This document shows positions 39,700 through 51,802 of a DNA stretch of 64,000 bases, in pieces. The DNA is from Bispira polyomma (taxonomy: Eukaryota): the NCBI GenBank assembly GCA_965649765.1, contig OZ287752.1, positions 17,422,001-17,486,000 on the forward strand. The letters run 5' to 3'. Below the pieces are notes generated by a model. That model made no database searches and was not told the DNA's origin. It was given only the letters and a program-made list of their open reading frames with translations. The stretch's first letter is position 1; each line of letters begins with the position of its first letter. The position numbers and the translations under genes were made by a program.

Positions 39700-40660
39700 G
39701 GAAAAGATGGCAGGGACTGGAACACAAGTCCCAAAGTAATGTGGTTTTATGCCAAAAAATATACAACCCTCTGCTGTTGCCTGTAGTCTTCTCCGAAATG
39801 ACTTACGAAAATTTGAACAACAATACTGTCAAAAGGACAAGTACTAACATTAACAACTGTAACAAAAAAGTGGGCTTCATTGCTTTTTCTAGTACAGGTT
39901 TTGAATTTCAAGGCACAGACAGGCTTTCTGTAGATATTACTTCTGTAAGGGACATTCCAAAAATTGCTAAAATAATTAGGGGAACCGAAGTACCCAATTA
40001 TAGGGGAGCTAGGATCCCTATTAAGTCAGGCTTGAACTATAATGCTTTGGAAGAAATGCTGGAAAATTTTTCATAGATAAACTTCTCATACAATATATCA
40101 AATTTGGTTTCCCTCTTTTACTAAGCATTCCGTAACATGAGAGTGGATCCGTTTGACTCGATCAAACTTTGAATTAAATGGAAGGAGGGATTCTATGTGG
40201 ACCCCGCCATTGCGTTCAGGTGGGTACACAGCATTGCAGCCTTTCAAAGATACTCGGACGCAATCATATAAACGACTTAGTACTAAGTATTCGGATACAT
40301 TAACAACTATATTTGCGTTTCGGATAAATATAGGGCGCTGGAAGGTTTTGACAAACTCCACCACTACTTGAAGCTTGTTTGGAAGTGTTGGATAAACAGT
40401 ATATTTCCAAAAATAAATTCTAGTTGTTGCTGGGCAAACTGTTCTATGTCCATAAATGCACACATCCGGCTAGGATTTTTAGTAATAGACTGCTAGTGGA
40501 CTTCAGAGCAAATCATGGCAGTAACCATTTTAAAGTCTGATAGTATGAGAAATGACTTAAAATGGTTTGTAAAATTCATTAAGCAATTTAATGGTGTGAC
40601 ATATATAGACCAAAGTTTTACCCTGTTTGCAGACAAGCTGCACTAAGATGCATGCTTCAC
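39700..40660 (+). mobile_element. PAT/Ngaro-like YR retrotransposon fragment B (RT/RH, heavily deleted)
   Basis: FEFQGTDR..PNYRGARIPIKSGLN..IQYIKFGFPL, homologous to element A pol. Confidence 0.8.
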
Positions 40661-40679
40661 GGGGGGGGGGGTTTCACTG

Positions 40680-41075
40680 AGGTTTTCAGTTTCGCAGGGT
40701 CCAGTTTGACGTGAAGACTTATGTCCATTTTATAAATAAGTGGTTTTCTGCCTAATTTGGTTATTTTGTTTGTGATGTCATCGATTGTTTGCAACGTTAG
40801 TAAAAACTCTGTCCCCTGATATTGGTTCTGACATATAGCTGCATTCACTGATTACGCACCCAGAAAACTTAGATCAATGATGATCCGTCTGTGAGGGACC
40901 CTCGGCTTTTCTCTAGTCATAAAAGTTGCTTTTCCTCCTTCAAATATGTTTTAACGTCATCTGTGAATTCACACACCGAGTGATGATTTTGCTCTTTGTG
41001 GCTTAATTCGCAAGTTATGTCAAACTCTAATGGGAAGCCATATTGGATCAAATATGGCATCTGGGTGTCCAGTGT
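40680..41075 (-). mobile_element. YR-retrotransposon RT fragment (opposite strand)
   Basis: YGFPLEFD, NHHSV, RRIIIDLSF, TIDDIT..IYKMDIS..VKLDP. Confidence 0.75.
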
Positions 41076-43803
41076 TTATATTTAAGTTCTGATTGGACTA
41101 CAAATTGTTTATTCATAACATTACAATTCTTAATATGTTTTTTTATTTTGTTGTCTAATTGAAACGCTAGGCATTAGAAAATGGAGAGGTGGGTGTGGAA
41201 ATTTACAATGTCTATATATGTACCCTTCAACTTCTGGGTGTAAAATGGTGCCAGTGTAGGGGCCAAATTCACTAAATTATGCAGTACTAACTGGTGATTG
41301 GATCATAGGTTATGAGGGATGGACAGAAGGTAGAAACAAGAATAGTTTTTATAAATGGAGGAATGTTTAATTAGGAGCTTAGACAGCAGGCCCCTAACGG
41401 GGTTGTGCTAGTAACAGTTCCCAAAGTGGTGAAAGTTGATAGAACTAATACAATAAGAACTTGTATGACGTTTGAGGTATTTTATTCTATACAAGTTAGT
41501 ATATATATATAGGCGAGGTAAAAGGTATATTAAAATATCATAAAATATATAGGTTTTAAGATAAGCCCAAACCCAACTAAATTGAGGAAGGGACGATGGA
41601 AGAAAAGATGGAGGGAATGATGGAAGCAGCTTGAGAAGTGGACTGAAGGTAGGACCACACTGCAGAACTACACTAAAGACTGTGGGCTAAAGACTGATGT
41701 TTTGAAGAGAAACATTGTTGTTGAAAGCTGCTGTTGCACCAGATCTGCGGAAGGTATGAAACCGTGGAATGAGGGATCAATTCCAAGCTGCTGGAGAATT
41801 TGCCTAAGAACAGATCTGATGTGAAAATCAATTATGGGAAAGTTCGGTTTGTTGGCAAACACAAACAGAGCAGAATTGGGAGGCAAGTCCCTAGAATTTG
41901 AAAGTGCAGAGAGTGCCTGCACTGGACATAAGTGTGGAAAAGAAACCATAGAAGGCCACAAGGACGATGGATCTAAAGAGGAGGGGGTCCTGTAAGGTCT
42001 GACAGGACTGGGAAATGAGGGATAAGTGCTTGATTGTGAACAGGTCTTTTGGAGCAGGTCTGAATTGTGAACTATAGACCACAATCCGAATAAACAGTGA
42101 GATTGCATTGTGATGTAAAATATCTGGTATAATGTTATGTTTTAGAGTTATAAACTTCAACGCTGCCTGATAGTTCTTGATAACTTTTGGAGATAGGCCA
42201 TTCTGGGTCAAGTACTCCAGAAAGGCTAAAATTGCATGTATTGAAATGTCCTGCATGTTCACATACTGGAGAAAGGTTTACATGATTTGAGGGTCAGGAG
42301 GGTGTATGGAATATACACGCGACAACGCGTCAGCATATACATTGTCCTTACCCCTTATGTGATGAATCTTAATGGTGATGCCTTGTATATAACTAATAAG
42401 CCATATGTCGTGAATGCATGATGCAAGAAAAGGATCCTTGGTCTTACCGGTCGTAACGACCAGAACAACTGCCAAATTATCACAATTAAAAGTGACCTCA
42501 CGGTGAGTCCAGTTCTCACCCCAAACCCTAAGGGCAATAACTACATTGAGCATTTCAAGCTGAGTGATAGCAAATTTTTGACCAAAAATGTCAAGGACTG
42601 GTGTAAAATAAACTTCCTGACCCCAAAGGGCTCCCATATCCGTTAAACAGGCATCTAAATGAAGCTCATGTGAAAAATCAATGTTCTTAGGATTATAATA
42701 ATTAATGCCATTGTAGACATGTAAAAATTTAATGAACCAATCAAGGTTGTGTTCCATGTTGTTAGTGACTTTTAATCTCTTTGAGTCGGGAAAAGCTCTA
42801 AGTACAGCTAAAAGCCAATTAATGAAGCACCTTGCAGGTTTCACGCATTTTTGGATATAAAGGAGCGTACCTAACACTGACTGAAACCTAGTGCGAGATA
42901 ACCAGGATTTGCTACTGGCCTGAAGGCATTCTAGGTATATCTTTTCTTTGGCGATACTTATAATAGCTGCACAGATGTCCAAGTCTTTGTCCAGGTAAGA
43001 AACCTTAGTTCAGGGAGGAGAAATCTTACTAGGGTTCATGGGAGTACCCAAATCGTCCAATAATTTACATAATTTTTCAAAACTCTCCTTAGCCTTATAT
43101 TTGGGACATATACATAAATAATCATCTATGTAGCAATGAAGTCTAAAACCTAAACTCAGCATGTGATCGGCAATAAGGTCTGAGCATCTCTGGAAGGCTG
43201 AGCTACCATAAGCCTAGCCAAAACCCACTCCAGGGTCCAGATAGTATTCCCCATCCCATTTTATTCAAAATTTGAGGGCGTCGACAGAGTCAACATGGAG
43301 ATTATGAAAGGCCCTGGCCACATTCACCTTGACTTCCCAGGGATCCGTAGTTTTGTGTATGACGTCAGTGATGTGGTCAATGTTAGGGAATTTGAACCAA
43401 AAACCATCGAATTGGTCAAGAACATTATCATTGACCGACATGCCTCAATATACCCCGCCTATTGATAGCATCCTTGGGATTAGTGAATAGGGGGAACAGT
43501 GGTAATGTGAGCTCGCTATGCTGGAAACAGGGCCTAACATTGCCCCTTTGCTTTTCTCCTTATGAAAATATTTTTACCTGCATTAGTATATTGTGGAGCT
43601 GAGTGGTGATGTTAACTTGTTGTAATTGGTAAGGGTTACTTAAACAGAGGGGGAAGCCAAACTTAGAGATTGGCAAATTAACTGATCAGAGTGATTAAAT
43701 GTAATACGTTCCAATGCCGGAAAAATAAGGCCACAGCTAATGGGAATGCAAGCTTGCATATAATTTGGGAGACCTGTTGAATGTATGGTGTCCGCAATGA
43801 GAC

Positions 43804-44804
43804 TTTGAATTTGAATTTGGATATTTAACGTCCACTCTAGTACCTTTTAGTAGGTTATATTGGGACAGGTAGTTGGAAACGCTGGAGGAAACACTGCATA
43901 CAGTCGGTGTTACGGTCACGGGAGCAAGCACAGTAGCAATTACTGGTTGCTTTGAGGTTGTAACAGGAAAAGACAAAAAGTTTCACTTAACAAATTTATT
44001 TAACAAATAAAATAACAATTACAGAATTACAGTCAACCAAGATACTATTAATGGTTCATACAATAATACAATAATGAAACCAATCTGACCTGACCACAGT
44101 CCTGTCCACATAAATAACAATTAAACAAGTGTGTTCACTGTATCCAGCAATCTGTCTTGAAATCCGCTCGGTGTCCACAAACGCAAAATGTATATATCCA
44201 GAGAGTCTGCACAACTAAGCTATCCAGTCCAGGATGCAAACAATATCCAGTATGCAGTAAATCCAATCTCTGGTAGCTTCACAACTTTTATCTAGTTCAC
44301 TCCAATGAGTTCACCACAAAAACATATATAGTAATCAGTTTATATCCACAGGAAAAGAAATAAAATGTTTCACAGTATAGCAGTTCGTATAGCACACCAA
44401 CTCAATAAAATCTGGTCTGTGGCCAGGCTGTCAACCCTTATATATACAACTGCTAGAAAAGGTTGCTAGAATATGTGAACAATTGCTAGAATGTTCCGGA
44501 TTGAGATGTAAACAAATAAGGACAGCTTCAATAACAACAGAAACAAAATAGCAACAGCTTCTAGAAACATAGGGGTTTCCCCAAATATATAAATAGATAA
44601 CTCTAGCAGAGTGCTTTAACATACCACAATGTCCTTATATGTAACGGTCGGTCAAGGTTCTGCACTGAAACCAGCGGCCCTCAGTAAGGAACTACCACCT
44701 TTCCCACATAGGCATCGACAGGATTGGAACTCACGCCGCCCAGAGGTGAGAGACCAGTGATTGTGAAGTGCAATGCTTGCTAACCACTAGGCCACTGCGG
44801 CCCA
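43804..44804 (-). mobile_element. tRNA-derived SINE (same family as 35454-35710), interrupted by a solo LTR
   Basis: Near-identical to the 35454 copy on both sides of the insertion; TSD core gcaatgagac ending at 43803 and 44817. Confidence 0.92.
43908..44646 (-). mobile_element. Solo LTR (739 bp) of an LTR retrotransposon
   Basis: 5 bp TSD GTCGG (43903-7, 44647-51), inverted termini TGTTAC...GTAACG, minus-strand AATAAA near 43997 (orientation tentative). Confidence 0.8.
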
Positions 44805-47162
44805 CCTGCAATGAGACACATGTCTTTTATTGAATTAATAGCAATAAAGTCCCTATCAGGGCCAATGAACTGAAAACTGGTATCACGCCTCTTAATGAAG
44901 CCCACAACCTTATCTGGGTCAGAAAAGTATATAAAATTAGATTTGGAAGAAGAATCTACATTCAAGTCAGAGCTGTCCAGCTCATCAATGACAGCAGAGA
45001 TAGCAACGGAGCGACGCATGATTCTAGCTTCTGCATGTTCATTTGCAGGCCAAGTTTCTTTAGCTACATTATCAGTAATGACATTATCTGCCTTGATGAT
45101 GCCATCAATGAGATTCTGCATGTGAGCAGTATAATCATAGCCCCTGGAGTACAGGGAAGTAATATCATATGCTAATTTATTTGTCATATTTAGCATCATT
45201 ATTCTGAACAACATTATTTTGACATACGTTTGGAGAACTGTATTCCACATATATTTTACTGTTGAAAATGTGAGATACACAAAATAGAAAACTAGGAATA
45301 TCCGACAACAGAATGTAAGCAATGATTCCATTGATGCAATTTTGATAGAAACCTGAAGCACTAATATATTTAGGCAAATTTACAAACACAACAGGGTATT
45401 TAATCCGGTTGTTAACGTAAGAGAAGTCTAAAACTGAAATACTGCAAGCCATGTTCCAATAGTTACCCTATAAGGGTGCATTGTCAATGTCATTCGAAAT
45501 GACCCCACTATATATATCATAATGATCCCAAATTTCAAGTACATTATGAATCTCATGGTTTTCCGGACAAGCAGCATTAACATTTGAGACGTTCTCAGCT
45601 ATGTTACATACATTACACAATCGATTTTCTACAGTAGAAAACTGGTAATCAATAGGAAATTTATCACAAGTTTGACCGTCTGACAATTTACTTACACAAT
45701 TTGGTTTATTAAACATATTATTATCAGTATCACTGGAACAAAAGTCATCGTTACTTGACTGAAAATTACCATTAATTATTGAACTACTTGAAACAGTGTC
45801 TGTCCTGGGTCGCCGACCATCATCTTAGCTTGCTTTGACACTGTTCGCCTTAAGACATTTGAATTCAGGGTGGTTGTTTTCCCTATTCAAAAGCTTGAAA
45901 CAATGGGCACAATGATGCTTATATTGGTTGTGGTTTCCATTATGGCTGCAAGAGCAAAAGTTGAAGTACTTGCAGATTATCTTGGGTTTCTGCTATACCT
46001 GTTGCCTAGTATGACTGTTAGCCATAGCCAACTGAGATAAACTTAGTCAATTTAACGACCACTGTGTTACATTAGCCCAGTCAAGCCTACCCTCCTCCAC
46101 TTCCTGCATGTTGTGGCCCCATGCAGCTGTAACGGTGGAGAAAGGGAGGGAGTTGGCATCCCGAAATACATATATCATCTGATGTAACATGGATTTAATG
46201 GTGGTTATGTCCGAAACCTGAGCAATATTGGATGATTGCCCAGCAGCCCACTGAGGCATAGTAAGTTCATCGCACTGTAGTCTTTTGTGGGCAGTCCTCC
46301 CACCCAGCCCTCATTGGGCCATCTAGCAAGTGGTTCAGTAAGGCAAATGTCTGCTGAATTAAATCACCAAGATTTCTGTCTGAGGGGGGGGCTTACCTTG
46401 GGAGAGATCCTGTTGGTAACGCTGGTCATATGCTGCTAGGCGGAGGTTAACGGCCGCATTCTTGGAGATTCCTCAAGACATCGATCCGAGGTACACATCC
46501 GTCTCGCATGTAGTTGTTACTGGGCTGCATCTGACGTGTAGGATGTCCCTCGGGCAGTAGCATGTTGGCAAAACCAACCGTGGCCTGGGGTAGAAGACCT
46601 GCAAGATGCAAATCAGCTTTGGTATCATTGTGATAAGGGTTCTGTGGAGAACCTAGCGGTGTGGAGTTACAATAAGTCTCTACCCAGTCTAACCTTCTGC
46701 TTTTCTCGACGTTTGAGGACTCCAGACGTTGGAGAATGGCCATCATAGCACTGTGTTCCGGGGCCAAATTCACTAAATCATGCAGTAATAACTGGTGATT
46801 GGAACATAGGTAATGAGGGATGGACGGAAGGTAGAAACAAGAATAGTTTTTTACAAAGGGAGGAATGTATAATTAGGAACTGAGACAACAGGCCCCCTAA
46901 AGGGGTTGTGCTAGTAAATTCCTCCAAGGGAATATAACCAAGTTTACCATGGCTTTGACTATTCCATAGATTTCATTATTCTGTCTAATTGATGATTCGC
47001 ACCTAGACAAACTATTAACTCTGCACGACTTTTGTGCACTTAGACCAACCTCAGTGTAAGCTTTCGGTACGTCACCCTCACTTGATGTGGCATTTGACAT
47101 TACATTGTTTATATACATTGGTAGTTTATATACATTGGGGTCTCTATTACATTGAACTATGT

Positions 47163-47500
47163 GGTCCCCCGTGGTCTAGTGGTTAGGGTGATGGTTTGAT
47201 GATGAAGGTCCCCGGTTCAAGTCCTGGTACTGACCGCAAGTTTCATTTGGTGGGATAACATCCTTAGGCAAGATGTGAACACAAGTTTGCCTAGTGGCTC
47301 GGATGACCACTTAAAATGGCTGTCCTATGTCACTGAGTAATATCTCCAGTGGCAGATTAAAGATCCTTTTGGCCATCCTCAAGCACCTCGGCGCCCATAG
47401 TGGCTGCCCATGAGGAAGCTCATTTGAAAGGACACTGTGTCCTATAAGTGTGCTGTAACAAATGTACTATTTCATTTCATTTTCACTTCATTTCATTTCA
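47163..47500 (+). mobile_element. tRNA-derived SINE (different family, CORE-like)
   Basis: A box tggtctagtgg, B box ggttcaagtcc, tccttaggcaag motif, (ATTTC)n tail. Confidence 0.8.
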
Positions 47501-47789
47501 ACTAATTGTGTAGTATTATGTACAACATAAACATTTTTGACGTGACAACTGGGGATTTTTGATTCATTTTTTTCTACCCCTTTGTGTGGTTCAGTCCGAT
47601 ATCCAGTTGTCACTCCCATCATTACCAATATGGAAATTAAATACATTCTAGGAAAAGTGTAACTTGTCCAGCTTTCAGAGTCTATTTCTCCATCAGTGTT
47701 ATTTAATGTTAACCCTTTTGGTTACACTGCCGTTTTGCTATATCATGTTTGTTTTTGCAGTGTTCCCCTTTCTCCTTCTGCAATCTTTT

Positions 47790-50700
47790 TCTGGATGGTT
47801 TAGGTTTTTACCCAGAGCAGAGCAAGCAAGTAGGTTAAACACAGTCACCTGATCTATAGGCCAATCCATGAATGCAGCAAAGGCCAAATATACTCTGTAC
47901 ATGGCAGTATAACATGTAGCAGTAGATCTACAAAAAAACAGGTACAGTTTGTAGCAGTATAATAACTGTTGCACTGGTTTCTTATCTGGACAAACAAATC
48001 ACTACCAGGAAGACACTGACATATTGATACATTTTCATCAAGCAAAAAGTGATTTTCAGATACTGGGCACCACTGAGCCTGACCTACAAGAGGGCATTAT
48101 TTTTATTGGAGTTTGTCCGTCATTAGAGCAGGACAGCAGTTGTATTGTCGTAACCTAATATATAAATTACTTTCAGTTCAACATCAAAATGATTTGCCAA
48201 AAATATTATGTGATAACAAAGCCAATGCACTATCCCTTGTTTTGTCATTCGTGAGGACACTGACAACAACCTGGTTATCACATTTTGTGAGTACTTTTTG
48301 GTCCTGCCACTGTTTACCGCACAACTTTAAGAAACAAAAATGTTTAACATCTGCAAAGAAGCAATGTTCTGCTGCTGCATTCCAGCAGGTATTGGTAGTG
48401 AGTAAACTTGTTTTCCATAGATTTCCCCATGCCAGTAAGTCAAGCATCCAGCTCTATCATGACAGGACAATTTATCCTCTGGTATTGAGGTAATGAATTC
48501 AACCGTATCTATGACAATGCCAAGACAAGTCACCAGAGTCGCAGGAGGCTTATGCCATCGGTAATTCGCTGAAAGATAGCCAAGCCATGCTTGTAGCCAA
48601 AGGGCAGGGATACGTCTACGTAATACCCATCCCAATACAATCCGAACAAATTTATCTCTTTAGGATCTATGGTCACATGCCAGAAATCGCAGCCTATATC
48701 TGCCTTAAAAGTAAAAAACCCTGCTCAGCAAGCCCTGCAAGTCTATTATAACTCATCGGTTAATGGAGCTTGATTTGATCCTAACCATAAAAAGAAAGGT
48801 GTGTACAATTTCAATAGGGGGTACAGCAAACGGCCCATAATTACCTCCAATTAGCATTCTTCTTTAAGACATATGAGACACATGCTAAGGATACTTAGCA
48901 GCAGAGAAATGATTGTTAAGTTTAGACTTAAACTCATGTTCCTTATGACAGTCAAGGGGAAACCCAAACTTTATCAGTAGGGGAAGTTCCCAGTCCCAGT
49001 AACCCACTAGATACTTCGCCCACACAGGGGGATTAAGTTGTGTCACCACATGTACCTAGAGACCCCTATAATTAGGGTGACCATGCAGCCTGAGATATTT
49101 GTGCAGAGTGAAAACGTCCATTGGTAGCTTGTCATCAGAGTTGTCAATCACAGGGTCACCCCAATGGCTGAGTGGAATAAACCTGTACTTGCTACTATTC
49201 TGGACATCCCATAATTTTTAAGTTTCACAATTTTCAGCACCAAAAAGGCACCGTCTTTTGAAAGTACATTTGTACATGTCCAAAGCATATTTATCGTCAC
49301 AATTGATTAATTCAGTATTAGTCTGTTTTGGGTTGCGGGGTAAAACCTTTTCAAGGACTTGACCCCCTAAACTATGTCCCGTGTCACTAACACTCACTGC
49401 CTCCCCACAAGGTGTGTCCAAAGGAGCATACCTATTGTACAGAGGTAATTGAAATCCCACCTGTTCATTGTTATGGTTACCACTACCCGAGTTAATTGCT
49501 TTCATAGTTGAGAGCAATGGAGCACCAATCCTGACAAGAAAGGGGTTTTCCAGGGGGGGGGGGGGGGATTTACTGAATTGTGTTTGACACGTCCCCAAAC
49601 AATAGAAGTTCTTTTGTCTCACTTGACATCCCCCTTTCTGCTGGGCTAGTTGAGAGAAATAAAGGCTTGTTTACACTGCCATTTGGGACTTCTTTGTTTT
49701 TATCAAAAACCCTCATCCTTAAGAATATTTTGGTTCTAGCTTTAACAGGGTGCGCTAACATTTCACTCTCGCCCACAGTGGGTTTTATTGTGGAACTTTT
49801 AGAAACACTACCGGCCCCTTGTTTATCCTCGTCCCTGTAGGACCTTTTTACTTTTTTGTTAGTACATATAGAACCATTAAAACACGTTTTTTCACACAAT
49901 TAAAAATCTGTAAACTTAGAATTATATACTCTAGATAAGACTTTATCAGTCTGCATTTTCATAGCACTTTTGCAGTTGCCACTCATTTTTTTCGGGTAAA
50001 ATCTGTCAAATTTGTGGCCAATCTACATTTCTCTTAATAGGGGCTTCGGAGCCACCTCTCTGGGATTTGAATTTACCTCCAGTTAAATTGTTAAGCTACT
50101 GCAGTTGCAGCAGGCGTTGGTCAACCTGAGACTGTCTGCTTTTATTGGAACACAAAAAAATCGAGGGACGGTACAACGTCCTCAATTACTGGTTCAGTTT
50201 AAATGTCTACATGATTTGACTGAGTAGAAGTTCTACATGGTTACTGGCGCTAGGTAAGCACAGCGCCGCATCCTGTACGTGTTGGTCCATGCTATCCATT
50301 TTTTTTACTCATAGCCTGAAGCTGTTGTAGAATTTGTCCGGAGACACAATCCGAAATTTAGCATAGCCAACCGTGGGTACTTCATCGGTGATGCTGTTCG
50401 CCAGGCTAAAACTACACCGTGCTCTACTTGTTCATGTTTGTCCAGACATGCACTACACTGATATTCTTTCTTAGGCATAATTAAATAGACAGAAAATGAG
50501 GTTAAAAACAATATGTAGGGTAGTAAAAACCCCAATTGTGAAACACTCTTGATCTATCAAATGTTTAAAATTAATGATGGCACTTGGTGGGCGCCAAACC
50601 CTATTATACTTGCCATGTGACCTCAGGTGGCCTATTTGCCGTCTTTTTGTTCCCACCAAAAATATTTGCTAAAATGGTTGGTAGCCCCTTTTTTGTAGTG

Positions 50701-50806
50701 GTAGCCACCTCGTAGCCTCACTGATCTCTATAGCATTGACTATTTTGATATAATGTTGTCCCTTGCATTTGCTATACAGATGGTCTAGCCCAGCAGTTGT
50801 GCTCCA
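47790..50806 (-). mobile_element. Decayed PAT/Ngaro-like YR retrotransposon D
   Basis: gag MPKKEYQCSACLDKH, GKFKSQRGG; pol YWDWELPLLIKFGFPLD, VTCLGIVIDT, KCDNQVVVSVL; YR N-terminus STATCYTAMYRVYLAF. Confidence 0.85.
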
Positions 50807-51279
50807 TACAGAACTAAAGTATGTGCAGCTATGAGCAATATAATTTAATACATTACAAAAAATAAGAACGTTAAGAAGAGGGATTACTTTTGTTATGTGT
50901 ATTGATTAACATGCACATGTACCTGTACTTTTAACAGTCCTGGGCAGTATTCACGATCAAGATCAGGATCATATTAAGATTAGATCAAGCTCAGATCAAA
51001 TTTGCGAGAAAAAAACCCTTCAACTGATCCCTTGGATCAAATTACTTGATCGGTACATATTTAATATTTTTTTATTCTTCATCAAACTTCTCTCGCCAGC
51101 AATATTAAATCCATCCTAATCAAAATTTAATCCACGAAGTTTGCTGAATCAAAATTAATCCATAATTTATTAATTAATTATGTAGGTAGGGTATCGAAGG
51201 TAATGCTATGTGTATAAGTACTTATTATTATTGCAATATATTGTGTCATTGCATTGTGGTGTATTATTATGTAACTCTG

Positions 51280-51386
51280 GGGCCGTATTCACGAAGGGAC
51301 TTAGCCAGGTCTTAGGCTTAAATCTAACACAAAAGTATACTGATTTAAGCCTAAGACCTGGCTAAGTTCCTTCGTGAATACGGGCC
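51280..51386. mobile_element. Fold-back MITE, PIF/Harbinger-like, 107 bp, CTG TSD
   Basis: Near-perfect hairpin gggccgtattcacgaagggacttagccaggtcttaggcttaaatc / gatttaagcctaagacctggctaagttccttcgtgaatacgggcc; CTG on both sides. Confidence 0.88.
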
Positions 51387-51802
51387 CTGTATGTTAGTGG
51401 AATTCTAGTGACTCTAATGACTAAAGTTTAATTAACCATGGCTAGGTGTTATGTGGTAATAATTTGAGATAGTACCTAAATGGAGATAATATCCCCCTTG
51501 GCCAATATCGGTTATAACGACATTTTATAGTTTATACCAATTTTTTTTTTAATCACAATTTCAATATATTCACAATAGTACTGACATGTGTGTTTGTGTA
51601 CAGCCTGTTGCATAATAAAGGAGGCCTTATGTAAGTACATTGTAAATATAATGCCCTTATTAGGAACAGAGAAATCACATGGACTCAATCCACAATGATT
51701 TCACTGTCTATAATAAAAACAAGGAAGTATTTGCTATACAAGAAATATACATAGACTTAGTTAAATATAATATGTTATATACTGGTAATGGATTTGTAGA
51801 AA

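Larger units (their letters stand above)
41100..46917 (-). mobile_element. Decayed PAT/Ngaro-like YR retrotransposon C with split direct repeat (A1 46760-46917, A2 41259-41414)
   Basis: ~157 bp direct repeat at the 5' end and downstream of YR; gag QEVEEGRLDW; RT CYIDDY; RH HLDACLTDMG..HIRGKDNVYADALSR (42278-42982); YR LVAFYGF, LCPVQAL (41640-42262). Confidence 0.92.

Noticed and set aside
42255-42280. ctttctccag acceptor-like site before YR in element C
   Set aside because: Phase 0 and inside YR coding sequence next to a deletion that removed the true pol-YR junction; not counted as support for splicing
47163-47235. tRNA-like sequences here and at the heads of the 35454, 43804 and 24995 elements
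   Set aside because: A/B boxes run into SINE bodies with simple-repeat tails (TSDs in two cases); no complete cloverleaf
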